Source: Callorhinchus milii (Eukaryota). Taken from it: 64,000 nt of DNA. The stretch lies in NCBI RefSeq assembly GCF_018977255.1, contig NW_024704767.1, positions 4,898,001 to 4,962,000 of the forward strand. Reading direction: 5' to 3'. The first letter of the stretch is position 1; each line of letters opens with the position of its first letter. The notes under the pieces are model-generated. The model saw only the letters and a program-made list of their open reading frames with translations, made no database searches and was not told the origin of the DNA. A program made the translations under genes and the position numbers. Shown piece by piece: positions 63,676 through 64,000 of the stretch.

Positions 63676-64000
63676 CTTTGAATGTAATATTTGGAGCCCA
63701 CCAACATTATCCAGGTTTACATTTTTCATTGAAATAATTAAATATTTCTATAGATAGACTGTGCTCTTCTCAACAAGTGGAAGCTAAATATGTTGCTTCT
63801 TTCAGTGACTTGGTTTTTTGATCTGTTTTTGCTGCTGTAGCATGAGTAGCCAGCACAGCTGCTGTTAGTGTTAGTGGGAGGGACATGGATCAGACATTTT
63901 TAGGAAGACACAGGATCCAAGTAAATCAGCTCACTTTAGTGACTATCCAGCGTGTGTCAATCATCAGAGACTCATCAATTGTTTTGATTTGGGAGTTTTG

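Overview
This is AT-rich, CpG-depleted vertebrate non-coding DNA (gene desert or large intron). I can support no protein-coding gene, rRNA, CRISPR array or true tRNA. The repeat content points to a cartilaginous fish, probably the elephant shark Callorhinchus milii; that is an inference from recalled repeat motifs, not a search. The window is dominated by non-LTR retroelement debris: (A) a family of SINEs and tail fragments sharing one L2-type 3' stem-loop plus (ATT)n/(GTT)n tail, including two young tRNA-Ala-headed copies (7181-7503 -, 25651-25971 +) and three older full-length DeuSINE-like copies; (B) an older unclassified SINE-like family (about 7 copies); decayed CR1 and L2 LINE 3' ends; two probable Penelope (GIY-YIG) fossils; and a degraded minisatellite. 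Between the repeats lie insertion-free, homeobox-motif-rich blocks that look like conserved enhancers. There are also a few exon-like segments with good splice sites but mostly closed reading frames (possible lncRNA) and one candidate 15-nt microexon. Most ORFs in the track are chance ORFs or translated SINE/LINE fragments. The most unusual signals are modular head/core swapping on a shared tail, two antisense tail-into-tail insertions with short target duplications, and a duplicated SINE 5' end inside a target-site duplication. I found no evidence of a novel coding system. Boundaries of decayed repeats are approximate (read by eye).
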